A stretch of 64,000 nucleotides of DNA from Haliotis rufescens (lineage: Eukaryota), in NCBI RefSeq assembly GCF_023055435.1, contig NW_025963835.1, positions 13,392,001-13,456,000 of the forward strand, read 5' to 3'. The translations under genes and the position numbers were made by a program. Below are positions 1 through 13,570 of the stretch, in pieces. How positions within the stretch are numbered: position 1 is the first letter of the stretch; the number at the start of each line of letters is the position of its first letter. The notes beneath the pieces were generated by a model. It saw nothing but the letters and a program-made list of their open reading frames with translations, was not told where the DNA came from and did no database searches.

Positions 1-568
1 TGCTTACCCTTTTCGGGAAAACCTTTTTCAGTGATCCATTCATGAAATTTCCCCAACTAGTTTGCCTTTTGGCCCATTGGAAAATTTCGGCAGATAATCG
101 AGACTTATATTCTGGCATTGAGGTTTTTTATTCTTAATGATTATTGTTAAACTGTGATGGTTCATTTCTAAATTACTGTTTCCCTTTTTTCTGTTTCTGA
201 CATATTATGCAATGTTTAATTCAGGCTATAATATTCATATATAACGTTTCTTTTGCAAGGAACATATATTGGCGGCGACCATGTTCTCAATTTGTTCTTC
301 ATTCCGTTTGTTCTATGAAATGTATTTAAAAAAAATGACCAACCAAGAAGTAGTCCAGAATCACATTGTGGCACTGGTCTCCATGAACTTGTATCCTTCC
401 CCTCGTCTCGAGGAAAGGCAGATCTGTCAACAGTTAACGCCCGGCCTTCATTGCACATTTTCGCACATCCTCGATACAACGAAATAGTGTTACTGGTAAT
501 AATTTTGCAATTAAATTTCTCTTTGTTGCTTAAGATACGCCAATATCATGACAAAACAACGGATGATT

Positions 569-905
569 TGAGGTGAGGTGAAAAAAGGGTTAGATGTCGC
601 GTTCAAGATTACTGCACTGTTTTGACAACGGCCGTGCGTGCGTGCGTGCGTGCGCGCGCGCGTGTGTGTGTGTGTTTGTTCGTGTGGCTGCTTGTACAAG
701 TCCGGACTAAAGCTGGTTTGACATACCATGCCGCAGTTAATCATGGATACCCTTCTCAAACACAATGACTCCTTGTTTTATCCCCTTAATGCCGAGCGCC
801 AGGCAGGATAACAACGTTTTATTTTCTGGTATTACGCGTCCAGGGGATTGAACTACCAACCTTCTGCTCTCTGAGCAGACGCTTTATCGACTAGACCAAG
901 GAGGC
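569..905 (-). mobile_element. tRNA-derived SINE, family D (internal GT microsatellite)
   Basis: Aligns to the copies at 30317, 52609 and 60285; (TGAGG)n tail. Confidence 0.75.
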
Positions 906-1293
906 ATTTAAACAATGGATGAAGGACCCGCATAATGTAGCTTATTGCCTATCAACATAATGAGACTTTTGCACTGATTCTTGTGCACAATTTGTTGCAC
1001 TGAAGAAATTATACATTTCTGATATTCAGTGTACATGTATACAACACGAAAGACGTTAAAGAACACCCAATCATTGCATACTTTCATATAACTATACAAT
1101 CCTCCCTTGTTAAAATTCCACCTTTCGTCCAACAGAAAAAATGGCATTATTACCAGGGTGGCATTATAACCAGGGAGTTGTGAACCAAACCTTACTGATA
1201 TGATTATATTAGAAGATTAAATAAGGATTAAGACATATCAATTCCAAAAGATATCAATAACATCAAACTAATGTATGATTCTCTGTGTGAGGA

Positions 1294-1560
1294 GACCCGT
1301 GAAGATCCAGGGTAGAATAGGTCTTCAGCAACCTATGCTTGCCGTAAAAGGCGACTATGCTTGTCGTAAGAGGCGACTAACGGGATCGGGTCTAATCCGA
1401 CTCGCTGACTTGGTTGATGCATGTCGTCGTATACCAACTGCGTGGATCGATGCTCATGATATCAATCACTGGATTGTCTGGTCAAGACTCGATTAGTTAC
1501 AGACCGCCATCATATAGCTGGAATATTGCTGAATGCGGCGTTAAACAACAAACAAACAAA
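1294..1560 (+). mobile_element. SINE family A (Meta/MESC-like core GTCGTAAGAGGCGACTAA)
   Basis: Near-identical reverse copy at 35345-35610; (CAAA)n tail. Confidence 0.8.
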
Positions 1561-2749
1561 TTACATCATAAAGCTTAATTTCGTCCCCTAATAACCATAA
1601 TCTCCTTTCTCCGCTTTTACAAGTTTGAGTAAATAACAACTATGAGTGCTGTAAATAACAATTATAAGTGTTGTACAATATTAACTTAACAAACAATATT
1701 CATCAGTTTCACAAAAAAACCACCGAATACAAATTAATTGATATATTATGTTTTTTAAAGCAAAATTTAGTCTCCATCTTCTCATTTACAGATACATGTT
1801 ATTTTAAGAGAACCAAAGAAGTTCGGACTTGTATTTTCAGATCCATACTTTTCTATCTCCATTCGTAAATTCAATTGGCTTATTCTTATTATTCTGGACT
1901 ATAGTTTTCTCCTAAAGGAGATATCACATGCCTCAGACAGCAAAGTGTAATGAATTCATCAAATGTATTTCAGCTAACAGATAACAAAACGTTACTCTCA
2001 ATGTTCACATTCTACACATGCTAAATGATAACCAAGTGGTTCTGTCTCCAAATGTGTTGAAGCTAAGTGGTCCTATCTTCTTGTCACATGATCTGTTTAT
2101 AGAATTTAATTGGACATGGATGTATAACACTCTGGTTGTAAGCCATTTGTTAGTTGTTTTACATGGGCTCACAGAAAAAGCTACTTTACAGCCATAGGGG
2201 TTTCATGAAATTGCCAACGATGTTAGAAAAGCACGCATTTGGAAAGAAAATTCTAAAATATCATTTTTGGTAAATTGTGGACATGGGACAATTAGGTTCC
2301 CAGGCGATTTACGTATAATAATTACATACGTGTTTTTTTTATGTTTCCAGTTGGAAAACTAGAGTAGGATAACTGAAGCAGAACGATCTAAAACATACCC
2401 TCATTCGTTTTTTCGTTAAAGAAATAAATGAACTCATAGCATGGCGAGAGGAACCGTGTCAACGTATCGCTGTTTACAGCTTGTTTACTATGTATTAAAA
2501 GAGACGGCGTGTCAACGTATCCCTGTTTATGATATGAAGTGTGTATATATTTAACGAGGAACGCTGACTGTTTATGATATCATAAACAGACAGCGTGTCA
2601 CGTATCGCTGTTGATAGTGTGTATACTGTATACTATACGTGTCAACGTAACGCTGTTTCCAATATATATGCTAATATACATTATAAACAAACATCGCCCC
2701 GCGTCTCGTGTCTCACTTTTTCTATTGTGTATATAATATATAATAAACA

Positions 2750-4652
2750 GACAGCAAACGAACGTCTCGCTGTTTAGAAAAAAATGTACTATATGTCATA
2801 TACAGGCAGCGTCTCGCTGTTGACAGAGTGATTACAACAGACTATATAAACAGACAGCGTCTCGCTGTTGACAATGTGCACACTATATATTATAATCAGA
2901 CAGCGTCTCGATGTTGACAATGTGTACATTATATATTATAATCAGACAGCGTCTCGATGTTGACAGTGTGTACATTATATATTATAAACAGACCAGCGTC
3001 TCGCTTTTGACAGTGTGCACACTATATATTACAAACAGTCTCGCAGTTGACAGTGTGCACACTGTATATTATAATCAGACAGCGTCTCGCTGTTGCCAGT
3101 GTGTTTATCATATATTATAAACAGAAATCGTCTCGCTGTTGACAGTGTGCACACTATATATAAAAATCAGACAGCGTCTCGCTGTTGCCAGTGTGTTTAT
3201 TATATATTATAAACAGACAGCGTCTCGCTGTTGACAGTGTGCACACTATATATTATAATCAGACAGCGTCTCGCTGTTGCCAGTGTGTTTATTATATATT
3301 ATAAACAGACAGCGTCTCGCTGTTGACAGAGTGATTACAACAGACTATAGAAACAGACAGCGTCTCGCTGTTGCCAATGTGCACACTATATATTATAAAC
3401 AGACAGCGTCTCGCTGTTGACAGTGTGTATACTATACATTGTAAACAGACAGCGTCTCGCTGTTGACAGTGTGCACACTATATATTGTAAACAGACAGCG
3501 TCTCGCTGTTGACAGTGTGTTTATTATATATTATAAACAGACAGCGTCTAGCTGTTGACAGTGTGCACACTATATATTATAAACAGACAGCGTCTCGCTG
3601 TTGACAGTGTGCACACTATATATTATAAACAGACAGCGTCTCGCTGTTGACAGTGTGTATACTATACATTATAAACAGACAGCGTCTCGCTGTTGACAGT
3701 GTGTATACTATACATTGTAAACAGACAGCGTCTCGCTGTTGACAGTGTGTATACTATACATTGTAAACAGACAGCGTCTCCCTGTTGACAGTGTGTATAC
3801 TATACATTGTAAACAGACAGCGTCTCGCTGTTGACAGTGTGTATACTATACATTGTAAACAGACAGCGTCTCGCTGTTGACAGTGTGTATACTATATATT
3901 GTAAACAGACAGCGTCTCGCTGTTGACAGTGTGCACACTATATATTATAAACAGACAGCGTCTCGCTGTTGACAGTGTGTATACTATATATTGTAAACAG
4001 ACAGCGTCTCGCTGTTGACAGTGTGCACACTATATATTACAAACAGACAGCGTCTCGCTGTTGACAGTGTGTACAATATATATTATAAACAGACAGCGTC
4101 TCGCTGTTGACAGTGTGTATACTATACATTGTAAACAGACAGCGTCTCGCTGTTGACAGTGTGTATACTATACATTCTAAACAGACAGCGTCCCGCTGTT
4201 GACAGTGTGTATACTATACATTGTAAACAGACAGCGTCTCGCTGTTGACAGTGTGTATACTATACATTGTAAACAGACAGCGTCTCGCTGTTGACAGTGT
4301 GTATACTATACATTGTAAACAGACAGCGTCTCGCTGTTGACAGTGTGTATACTATACATTGTAAACAGACAGCGTCTCGCTGTTGACAGTGTGTATACTA
4401 TACATTGTAAACAGACAGCGTCTCGCTGTTGACAGTGTGTATACTATACATTGTAAACAGACAGCGTCTCGCTGTTGACAGTGTGTATACTATACATTGT
4501 AAACAGACAGCGTCTCGCTGTTGACAGTGTGTATACTATACATTGTAAACAGACAGCGTCTCGCTGTTGACAGTGTGTATACTATACATTGTAAACAGAC
4601 AGCGTCTCGCTGTTGACAGTGTGTATACTATACATTGTAAACAGACAGCGTG
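2750..4652. repeat. 46-bp tandem satellite (~41 units, degenerating leftward to ~2450)
   Basis: Unit AAACAGACAGCGTCTCGCTGTTGACAGTGTGTATACTATACATTGT. Confidence 0.95.
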
Positions 4653-5226
4653 TCAACGTCTCCATGTATAGATGCTCTAATGAGAACATGAACAAGGGGA
4701 AGCGGTATATTCTAGAATGTATGACTCACACCATATCGAGCCATGAGGGATAATTAAAACGGTAGTTGTCTTTGCAGTGTGGCATTTTGACATATTATTT
4801 ATATCGCTATGTGCAGCGGTAATATCAGTACATAATGCATGCTGAGAATGGAACCACTAGCCCAGATCCGTCTCATTGTATATGTACTATGTCGCTGAAA
4901 GATGTAGTGTTGATACTGTGTTTGACACGCTGATACTTAGTCACAAATCAGGTGAAGTTAAGCAATGTAAGTCGCGGAGATTCCTTGGAATAGTGATCGG
5001 TTTTGCAAAGGAGACTAGATATTTTTTCAGTTGCAGATGATAAACAAGATATGTTTTTAAATTAAACCTATGCGCCTAAATATTTGTATTAAATATATCA
5101 TGCAACAGTTTGGGGTATAATTTTCAAGTATTTTCTGGGACAATCATGTTTTTTCAATAAATTTCCAGGCTACCCCAACATCAACCCATTTTATATTGGT
5201 CGGTCTTTGAGGCGCTGTACAAGTGA

Positions 5227-5236
5227 ATTATTATTA

Positions 5237-5283
<47 letters not shown>

Positions 5284-5850
5284 AAAGAGGCTTTGGATGA
5301 TCCTGGCACAGTCAGGCAAGTTAGGCTCATCATCAGCTTAGGACTCTTGGCCCCTGTCCCCAGACGGCGAATAGGACTTCTCTCAGGAAGCGCCGCCTCG
5401 TCGAACCTACCCACAACTGTTCGCAGAATGTGAAGACTCCCCAACACTGCAGCCGTCTGCATTACCCAGATTGTTAGAAGGGTTCTATCCCTGGCAGCAC
5501 ACCCGGGTACTCAGATAGGGAGGTACATTTACCAAACCTAAGGCACCAACAACTATGTGGAGTCGGACAACTTGGTACTTGGGATGCAAGCGTGACATTT
5601 CGAAAGCGAGGTCCGCATATTTACCATGTTGTTCCTGAATCTTGTCAATCACGTTGGTGTCAAAAGGGACAGAAAATTCAATAACATAAATGATTTCATT
5701 GGATTTGTCAAAAAGGACAAGATCAGGTTTGTTGGCCTGGATACGTCTGAGGCTGTGTACGGGCCTATTCCAAAGAATTTAGTAGTTATTTTTTTCCATG
5801 ACGCCCTCTACATATTCCGGGGGGTACCATGGGTGGACCTCTGTGTCATT
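5227..5850 (-). mobile_element. 5'-truncated RLE-type non-LTR retrotransposon (R4/Dong-like) with (TAA)n tail
   Basis: Minus strand reads ILWNRPVHSLRRIQANKPDLVLFDK..IYVIEFSVPFD..KYADL..IVVGALG and QTAAVLGSLHILRTV, a restriction-like endonuclease C-terminus. Contains stops and a frameshift; (ATT)n at 5227-5282. Confidence 0.8.
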
Positions 5851-8800
5851 TTCCCAGGAATATCATTATCTTTGTTACTTTTGCAATTTTTAAAATGCAT
5901 TGAAAGGCTAGGGATGGACGTTCCTACAAGGGTAATTTATTGTCAAGGGTCTGAACATATGTTTAGCTGAAAAGGTCGTTGAAAAGCGTGACTATCAGAG
6001 CCTCACCCATGCTTCAGAGCGGATGTGAACCAAACTTGCAGACTCAGCATACGGGAATAATCATACGTGTTAATAATAGTCTCAGCTTCATAGCAATAGG
6101 TTTTCATATTCATTCAAAAATAATATTACAAAACGTGTTAATCGCATTAGAAACACAGTGTTAGCGTATCAGGAAGCAATTAAGAAGGGCGGTGGCTTAT
6201 AAGCAGGGATATGCGTACAGCGTTATAACGGCGGGCAGCTCTTTCCCCATCTCAGTTCCTGGCCGTGTGTTCATCGCATCACATTACAATTATCTTGATC
6301 TAAGACAATACTCTTTGTTACCGCATTGATGAGGATTCTGCACATCGCTCGAAATCGTTAAAAAATGAGTTTACATTTACGGGAACTATGGAGAAGGCCT
6401 AGTCTGTCTTACAGACCCTGATGCAAATATATCAAATACAACCCATGCAAGTCTATAACGTTTGGCAAGTCTAGATTACTGCTGTTTCTGAAGATGAAGA
6501 GAGTCTTTTGGAAACTTTTTATTATAATTTTATTAAGATAATTGAACAACTGTTTTTTTCTGTACGATATGTTCATTTCAGAGACTTGATGTTAGTCTAG
6601 AGAAGGCCCTGTCATTTTGAAAGCACAATGTCAGAATAAATATGACCAAATACTGATGTTGCCTTTTGTTGGGACCTGAAACACGAGCGTAATGATTTTA
6701 AGACGTAACAAGAAAATCATTCTCTGCTACCCTTCTTATATGCACGTGTGAAATGTACCCCGCCACGTATGACAGAATTTATACACTGTTCAAAGTGACG
6801 TAAAACAAAACCCACTTGATTGTTTATAAATCCTCCTCGCTTTGATATTCTAACTTTCTGTTTCGGTTTGTTAACTTGTGTATATTAAGATATATTTGGA
6901 TTATTTCACCAGAATGTTGACATGAGGAACGAATTAAATATTTTCTTTGGCTTAACCATTTTCATATTTTCTCCTGGCGAATATTAATGGCATTAATATA
7001 AATTGCATTTTTTTACATATCATATATGTTTTCGTTTTACGCATATTGAAATGGCGACTAAACTTTCTTATCGGCCAAATTAACTCTGTATACTAACCGT
7101 TAAAATATGTTTTTAAAATTTTGAAGAATAGATACTTATTTTTAGGATAACGAATACTTTGCCATTGTTGCGAAATCTGTAATTAGCATGGCTAAATAAT
7201 CTTCATTCTCTTTAAGTATCCATAACTTTAATCGTATCACTAAATAAAACTAATTATGAGATGCAGAAAATAAAAACACATATTTTGTTTTATATTCACG
7301 TTTTCATAACTGTTAAAAGGATTTTGCTTTCAAGCAAACGATTACAGTTTTTGTTGCATATGGGAGTCCACACGTAGCTGTTCGCGTCGCTAGCTGTTCC
7401 ATATAATTGTCACCTTTTTATCTGATTTTTTTTATGCATTTCCCGTTTTCTCCATTTTTCAAAGTTGTTTTAAATTTCAATTGATTAAACGGGACTACTA
7501 GACAGAATCCCACAACAAGTTTAGCAAGATATTGATGATAATTGTGCCATTTAATTATTTTCTAATGAATATTGCCCTTCATTGCCTTAAGAAAGAAAGA
7601 AGTAACGTGTGTGATTTCGCCAAATGATCTGTCATCGATCTTAATACATAAAGAAAATTAAGAATAATGAAGTAGTGCACTGTGAGGTGTTACGTTATGA
7701 AGGAAGTCTCCACGCTATCGAGACTAATTACTGCCAGGAAAATAGTCCGTTCTGCCTAATTTATCCCCAGCGTCTCTCGCGTCGGTCAACATGGGAAGGA
7801 GGGTGGTCTGAAGGAGAGCGGTATTGATCAAGCCACAGACAATTTCCTTTTTCCTAATTGAAACGTTTGAACATGACAGTTTTACATTTTTCGGTATATT
7901 CAGTTTGACTAGTCGTGAAATTGTTACGCCTGACGGGCAGGTCCTAATCCCCCAACTTTTGATGGGGGCACAAGGTTGTGATTTGTTGACGAATCGGCCA
8001 GAGTTGCCCATGTTCGATCTGTCTGATTGTATCGGCCCGGCTTTGATGTGTTTCCACTGCTAGGCGGGTGTCTTAGACCAGAACTAAATGTAAGGGGTCT
8101 TCCGTTATCTCGGATTTACTGCCCTGGAATTTATAACTTTCAAACAGATAAAAGCAATAAAGTCTCATTTCGCATGGATTGTGTGATAGAAATCTGCAAA
8201 AAGACGAGGGTGAGGAAAATGTGGAAAAAACCCCGAAACTTTTCATCTTTTATAAAACTTTAATCATGTAATCTAAAAAAGAAGCTGTTTTCATTAAAAC
8301 TTTTTATATTTTCACAGAATATTTAGATACAGAAAAGATATTAAAGGACCATGAGTTAAAGTTCAATAGAAACGAAAAGACCAAAGAAAACACGAAGCAA
8401 TCGTGGGAAAACATATCTTATAAACGAAAAACGGTCAGTCCATACACTGATCAACTGAGTGTGGTTGTGACAGCTGCAGCTCCAACCAAGGGATGTAACA
8501 AGCAGAAATGAGATATAAAACAGAATAAGATAAACCAAATACCTAATATTTTACATGTTCTTTCACCTGTTATTATACAATACATTCCTCTCTTCTAATG
8601 ATCATTTCATAGCAGCAAACAGCTGACGAGACTTGTCCATTTCTGTTAACTTATTAGATTAGATTACTTTTCATAAAATTATATGCAGCTATTCCGCAGT
8701 CATCGTGCAGGACTAAAATGCCCTTCCATTAAATATATAGTTTACTGGCTGTTTTATAGTTAGATTCAAGGGGAAACGAGTCTTGTTTCATGCCGCATGA

Positions 8801-11800
8801 AGCAATTGCATGTTTATGGCGGCGTGGATGTGATGGATTCCGACAAACAAGTTGTTGTCAGCATCAGTAATAATACTGTGGACACAGTTAGGTAAAACAA
8901 CCGGGTATAACAAACGAAGAAAACAAACAAACATGAAGCTTTGTGTCGTTGCGTTGGTTTTGACCTTGCGGGTGGTTTTCTTTCAAACTGTGAAATACTA
9001 TCATTTATAATTGCAATATGTTTTTAATCCTCATACCCTTGAAAATGTTCAGAAACGTTCCATTACACGAGAGACAAATATACCTTTTACCAGCTAAAAC
9101 AACATGGTTAATAAAGTCATATATCAAGCTAAAGTTATGTTTATTATTAAAACTTCCGTCGTCCCGATTCGAACACTTACAAGCAGATATGACATTGCAG
9201 GAATATTGCTTGCTGCGGCAATAATCAACATTCACTCACTCACTCACGCACGGACAATATCATTAAACGATTGGTAAATAGTTACGTATAGTGCCAATAT
9301 GATTATCTGGTGTCACCAGGCTAGGCGAGAAACTCACACGCAGTGATGGTACTTTTCATATGAGCGTCAATGTTTAAGAAAGTGATTTTGATACGACGAA
9401 AATAAGGGAACAACTATTCAGAAAAATCAGAACAATGCCAAGAAAATCGAAATATGAAGGATAATGGAATTAATGAATTGATTTTATCAAGATGAATAAC
9501 TTAACTTCAAGTTTATGAAGGTATATTCATTCAGGAAGTAACGTCACGGGAAATAAATAATCAAACATTTCCCAACAAAACTGATGATTACGTCGACATA
9601 TCTTCACGAATCGGAAAGGGAATTTGTTGACATTGAATGACTGCCATGCTGGGACTTTCGATCAGCCTTAAAGAGACCATCTTAGGTTAACGAGTCTTCA
9701 TGACCTCCTACAAACTTTAACAATCACTCCAAATTTGATTACCAGTTGTTATTTTTTCTCAAGAGATTTCAACTGGGCTATTTTATCTCTTCATGTTTGC
9801 CTGGGACAAGTAAAACTAATACAAATTGACAAAATGGATACGGCAGCTAAGCGAGCGGCTTTCTAGGGGAGCACTAACTGCGTTAGAGAATTGGCTGAAT
9901 AACTTTTCTTTCTTGGGAGGCAGAGAAATCGATGAAAGATGTTCAAGACCCAAGCAAGCCGAGGGGGCAAAGGCAATTACGGCTTGTTTGATAGGGGAGG
10001 GGAAGAGGCCAACAACATAACTCATATCGTACATGATTGCAAATGGCAAGTGGTTGTTCAGCCCCGCTGTACAAGTTGGGAGATGGTTTCTAAGCGAACA
10101 AAATGGCGGTTCTAAAAGCCTATCTTATTGGTTAGCAGACAAATTGCCACGGACCATCATGATTCACGTGTGTCGATATCAACTAGCAAGTTTTGATTAG
10201 TGCGCGTAATTAAGCGCTTCTTCCAACTAGATGCGCTTTTTATCGTAGGAACTGCTTTCGGGAGACACTTCCAGCCAAGAGTTTTACACAAATGATAAAA
10301 ATCGATTGATTTTTCTTGGCGATTTTATGTGACTTATGAATTTCCATTTCCTAGAAACTTTGATCGTGGCCAAGATAAATGGATTGCGCTCCCAAAAGGC
10401 AATCCATTTGCTTGTAGAAGGTCGTGTTTGTTAATTTTGCACTTAATTTCCGCGCCATCAATCTGACGGCATAGCCCTTCCAGACACTAAGCAAATGGAT
10501 AGCACATCCCTTCTTGAATTATTTGACAAGGAATGGTCTCTAAGTTTGATTGTGTTGATCGCTGGCCAAATCTTTTGACATTTGCATTTATTATCCAGCA
10601 TTCCTTCACTTTTATTATCACTTGTCGATTCGCCCTGTTGAGACACAAGGCTGTTATGATTGCTGTTATTGTTGCATCAGAAATATTATAAAAATGCGCG
10701 AAATGTTATCGGGAAAAATATCAATTTCTCGTCCTTTAATGAAAGCCATTTGTGACCCTTTTTCACATCACCCATTGAAAGTTGTGTCTGATGTTTCTAC
10801 TTGAGCGTAGTGTGTTACAGAATCCATTACAAGTGGTGACAGGTGCACACGAATTTACCATCTACCGCTTATCAAAACTGTCTATTTGATTAAGGGTATT
10901 TTTACATTAATGGCATATTTTATATTATATATGTTATATTCGTCAACTTTCTTGCGCTAAGAGTAATGGGTAAGTTTGTTATTTAAATGAGAATGCCAGA
11001 ACACATTAATATCGAATTTCTAGATCCAGCAAAACTTTACTTTCCTGAAAATAGTAGGCGAAATAGTGCAAACTTTAAAACACAACTATGATACCCGTTT
11101 CAAAAACATTCCCATCGCATAACTATTTCTTGTTGTTTTAATTCTTAGCCGCCATCTAACATGGGTATATACTTTCTTCTGCCCGGCAGTTTACACTGAA
11201 ACGGTACCTAATCATTTATAGTAAAAAAATATTTAAATTGATATAACAACCTAACGGTACAACTAACATATACATACCCTTGAACTGTATCGCGAATACT
11301 ACTGAACAGAAAATTTTAAAATTATTTTTTAAATAGGGTGTGATTGTATCAATTATTATTTCTTTTAATTGTTGAATCTGCGTACAAAATGCGATTTTGT
11401 ATCCACGTACAACACTTTCCGAATACTTTCTGAGTAGACCGCTCAATTCTAGGTATCAGCAGGGGGCAAGCAACCTCTGTATTGTGATACTATGCACAGT
11501 AATGTATTGCAAAAAATAAATCATATATTTACTTAAGGCATCCTATCCTAATCACAAGCATATTGCACGTGTCTTTCGTGTAAACTTTACAAGTCGCCCC
11601 CTTTTACTGTTGGGGCATATTCATTCTGAAAAGCAACAATAGCTCACAGTGTTGTGTGAACGTCTTATAATGCTGACGGGGCAGAATATGGAAACGATTA
11701 AGAACTTCAGTGACTAGGCTATACCGTGACTATATGTTGCTTATGTCCAAACATTAAGTTTCCACACTACCGTAGGCCTAGAACGCTTCTCAGTACAGGC

Positions 11801-12213
11801 GAGATCACACGAAAGTTAAAACGTTCAAAGTTGAAATTATAACATTGCCATCTGTGGATGTGGTTACGTTTTTATCTTGTACAAACACTGTGACACTTCA
11901 GTGTGTGTGATACTTTTCACAGTTTTCTCATAAACACTTCCCAAGGAACACACAAACCATTAAATTATTTAATCTGTTTAGCAGTTTCCCATCGTTTGTC
12001 CAAGTGCCTCTTGCTGCAGGAAGGAAGCACACCCTGATTTGACTGTTGACGAGCTCATGTCATTCTCATATTGGCCTGTAATTGGAAACCTACATAGTGT
12101 GGCACTTGTAAATAAGACCCGTGCCAGTTTCGCGCACATAATTATTCCAGTAATGAGGTAATATCTTCTTCTTCAAAGATTCGTTAGAGCTTTTGATGTT
12201 ACTAACTCTTCCT

Positions 12214-12328
12214 CTATCAAAACGTCAGTATTAAATGGTGTCATGAAACAATTACTCAGTTTCCCCGATTCTATTCAAAACGTCAGTATTAAATGGTGTC
12301 ATGAAACAGTTACTCAGTTTCCCCGATT
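12214..12328. repeat. 58-bp direct tandem duplication
   Basis: tcaaaacgtcagtattaaatggtgtcatgaaaca.ttactcagtttccccgatt x2. Confidence 0.85.
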
Positions 12329-12433
12329 ATATCTCTGATATCGATAGCTAAGTACTACCTTGATGATATACGGTAGTACTCTCAAACATATCCATACAAT
12401 TTGGGGGGTGGGGGGGGGGGGGGGGGGGGGAGT

Positions 12434-12714
12434 GGGGGCACGGGTGGCCCAGTCGTCTAAGGCGCCGCGATTCGCTGTGCAGAGTTGCCTCCCTTGGGCA
12501 CGCCAGAAACCTATGAGTGTGGGTTCAAATCCCGGTTCACCCCAATTATGTTTCTAGGTTTGTCAGCACCATACCCGTGTTCGTGGGCTTCACCGAAGTG
12601 GTAAACGTCTGGGACCTGCATCACTTCGGGCTTTCCTCCTACATCAAGCTGACACGCCGTGATATAACTGGAATACTGTTAAAAGCGGCGTTAAACCCAA
12701 CTCACTCACTCACT
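12434..12714 (+). mobile_element. tRNA(Leu)-like SINE, family B
   Basis: A box GTGGCCCAGTCG, B box GGTTCAAATCC, (CACT)n tail; several near-identical copies in the window. Confidence 0.85.
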
Positions 12715-13427
12715 AAAGCGAGAGGATAGAAGTTGAGTTTAACACTGTTTACAGCTATATTTCATTATAATCACTGCGGTCGGTGTACGTGACTAGGTTC
12801 TTGAAGTCCATCACTGGATGAAGCCGATCAGAATTGGGGTCAAACAAGGGGAAGCAATGTGAACCAAGCAAGCAGCGGGTCAGCTGATGTATCTTGTCAA
12901 AGGATAAGGACGTTTAGATATTAATGTTTATTTAATATAGTTGAAGTTTGATTCTTCGACTTCTCTACACATAATCTTTACTCTAAAAGTATCTTCCAAA
13001 TCAATCAATATTGGGGCTCAGTTATCAAGGTAGTCGGGTGGAACTTTTAGTCGAGTATTGAAGGACTTCTCTGAAAATCGGCATTGAATGAATTGGTTCC
13101 ATGTGGACATTAGGCGCTTGTACACGTTGAATGTTTTATGTCATGTACGTAGTGTATAGATATATATGTCAATGTGTGTTTATGATGGTGCCAGACCTAC
13201 GATGAGGTACGTTGTGTGGTGTATTCGAGTGCTCGAGTAACTATTGTCTTTCCCAGATGTAAGCTTGAGTAATAAGAATGCCAATAATAGCATCATAAAA
13301 GGGCTTCGAACATTGCAACTTTGAGGAGAATCAAGGACCGTCATCAACGTGACGAGCAAACCCTTTATCATAACCACTGTGCTACCCTCCGCTCATGTAT
13401 GTTATGAACTTCATCCTCAGTGGTGGC

Positions 13428-13428
13428 G

Positions 13429-13465
<37 letters not shown>

Positions 13466-13570
13466 TAATCATCCATCATCATCTACATTCATCATCATCG
13501 TCTATCGCCATGACCATCTTGATCATCAATCATCTTCATCACCTTCATCATCATCAATCATCCATCACTC
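13428..13570. repeat. (CAT)n microsatellite
   Basis: Perfect, then degenerate CAT run. Confidence 0.9.

Noticed and set aside
2750-4652. CRISPR-like array (palindromic repeat with regular spacing)
   Set aside because: The intervening sequences are near-identical rather than unique spacers, there are no cas genes, and the context is eukaryotic.
4722-4728. AP-1 sites (TGACTCA) scattered through the window
   Set aside because: The number noticed is about what chance predicts for a 7-mer in 64 kb, and none is clearly promoter-proximal.
6320-6525. Hammerhead-ribozyme-like motifs (tgatgag...cgaaa; ctgaaga...gaaac)
   Set aside because: Stems I and II cannot be paired convincingly around the catalytic core.
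7824-7845. IKPQTI peptide shared with the minus-strand ORF at 24028-24312
   Set aside because: The similarity does not extend beyond ~20 nt and is consistent with chance.
12434-12545. tRNA genes at SINE heads (families B, C, D)
   Set aside because: A and B boxes are present, but there is no canonical cloverleaf and each head continues into a SINE body and tail, some with TSDs.
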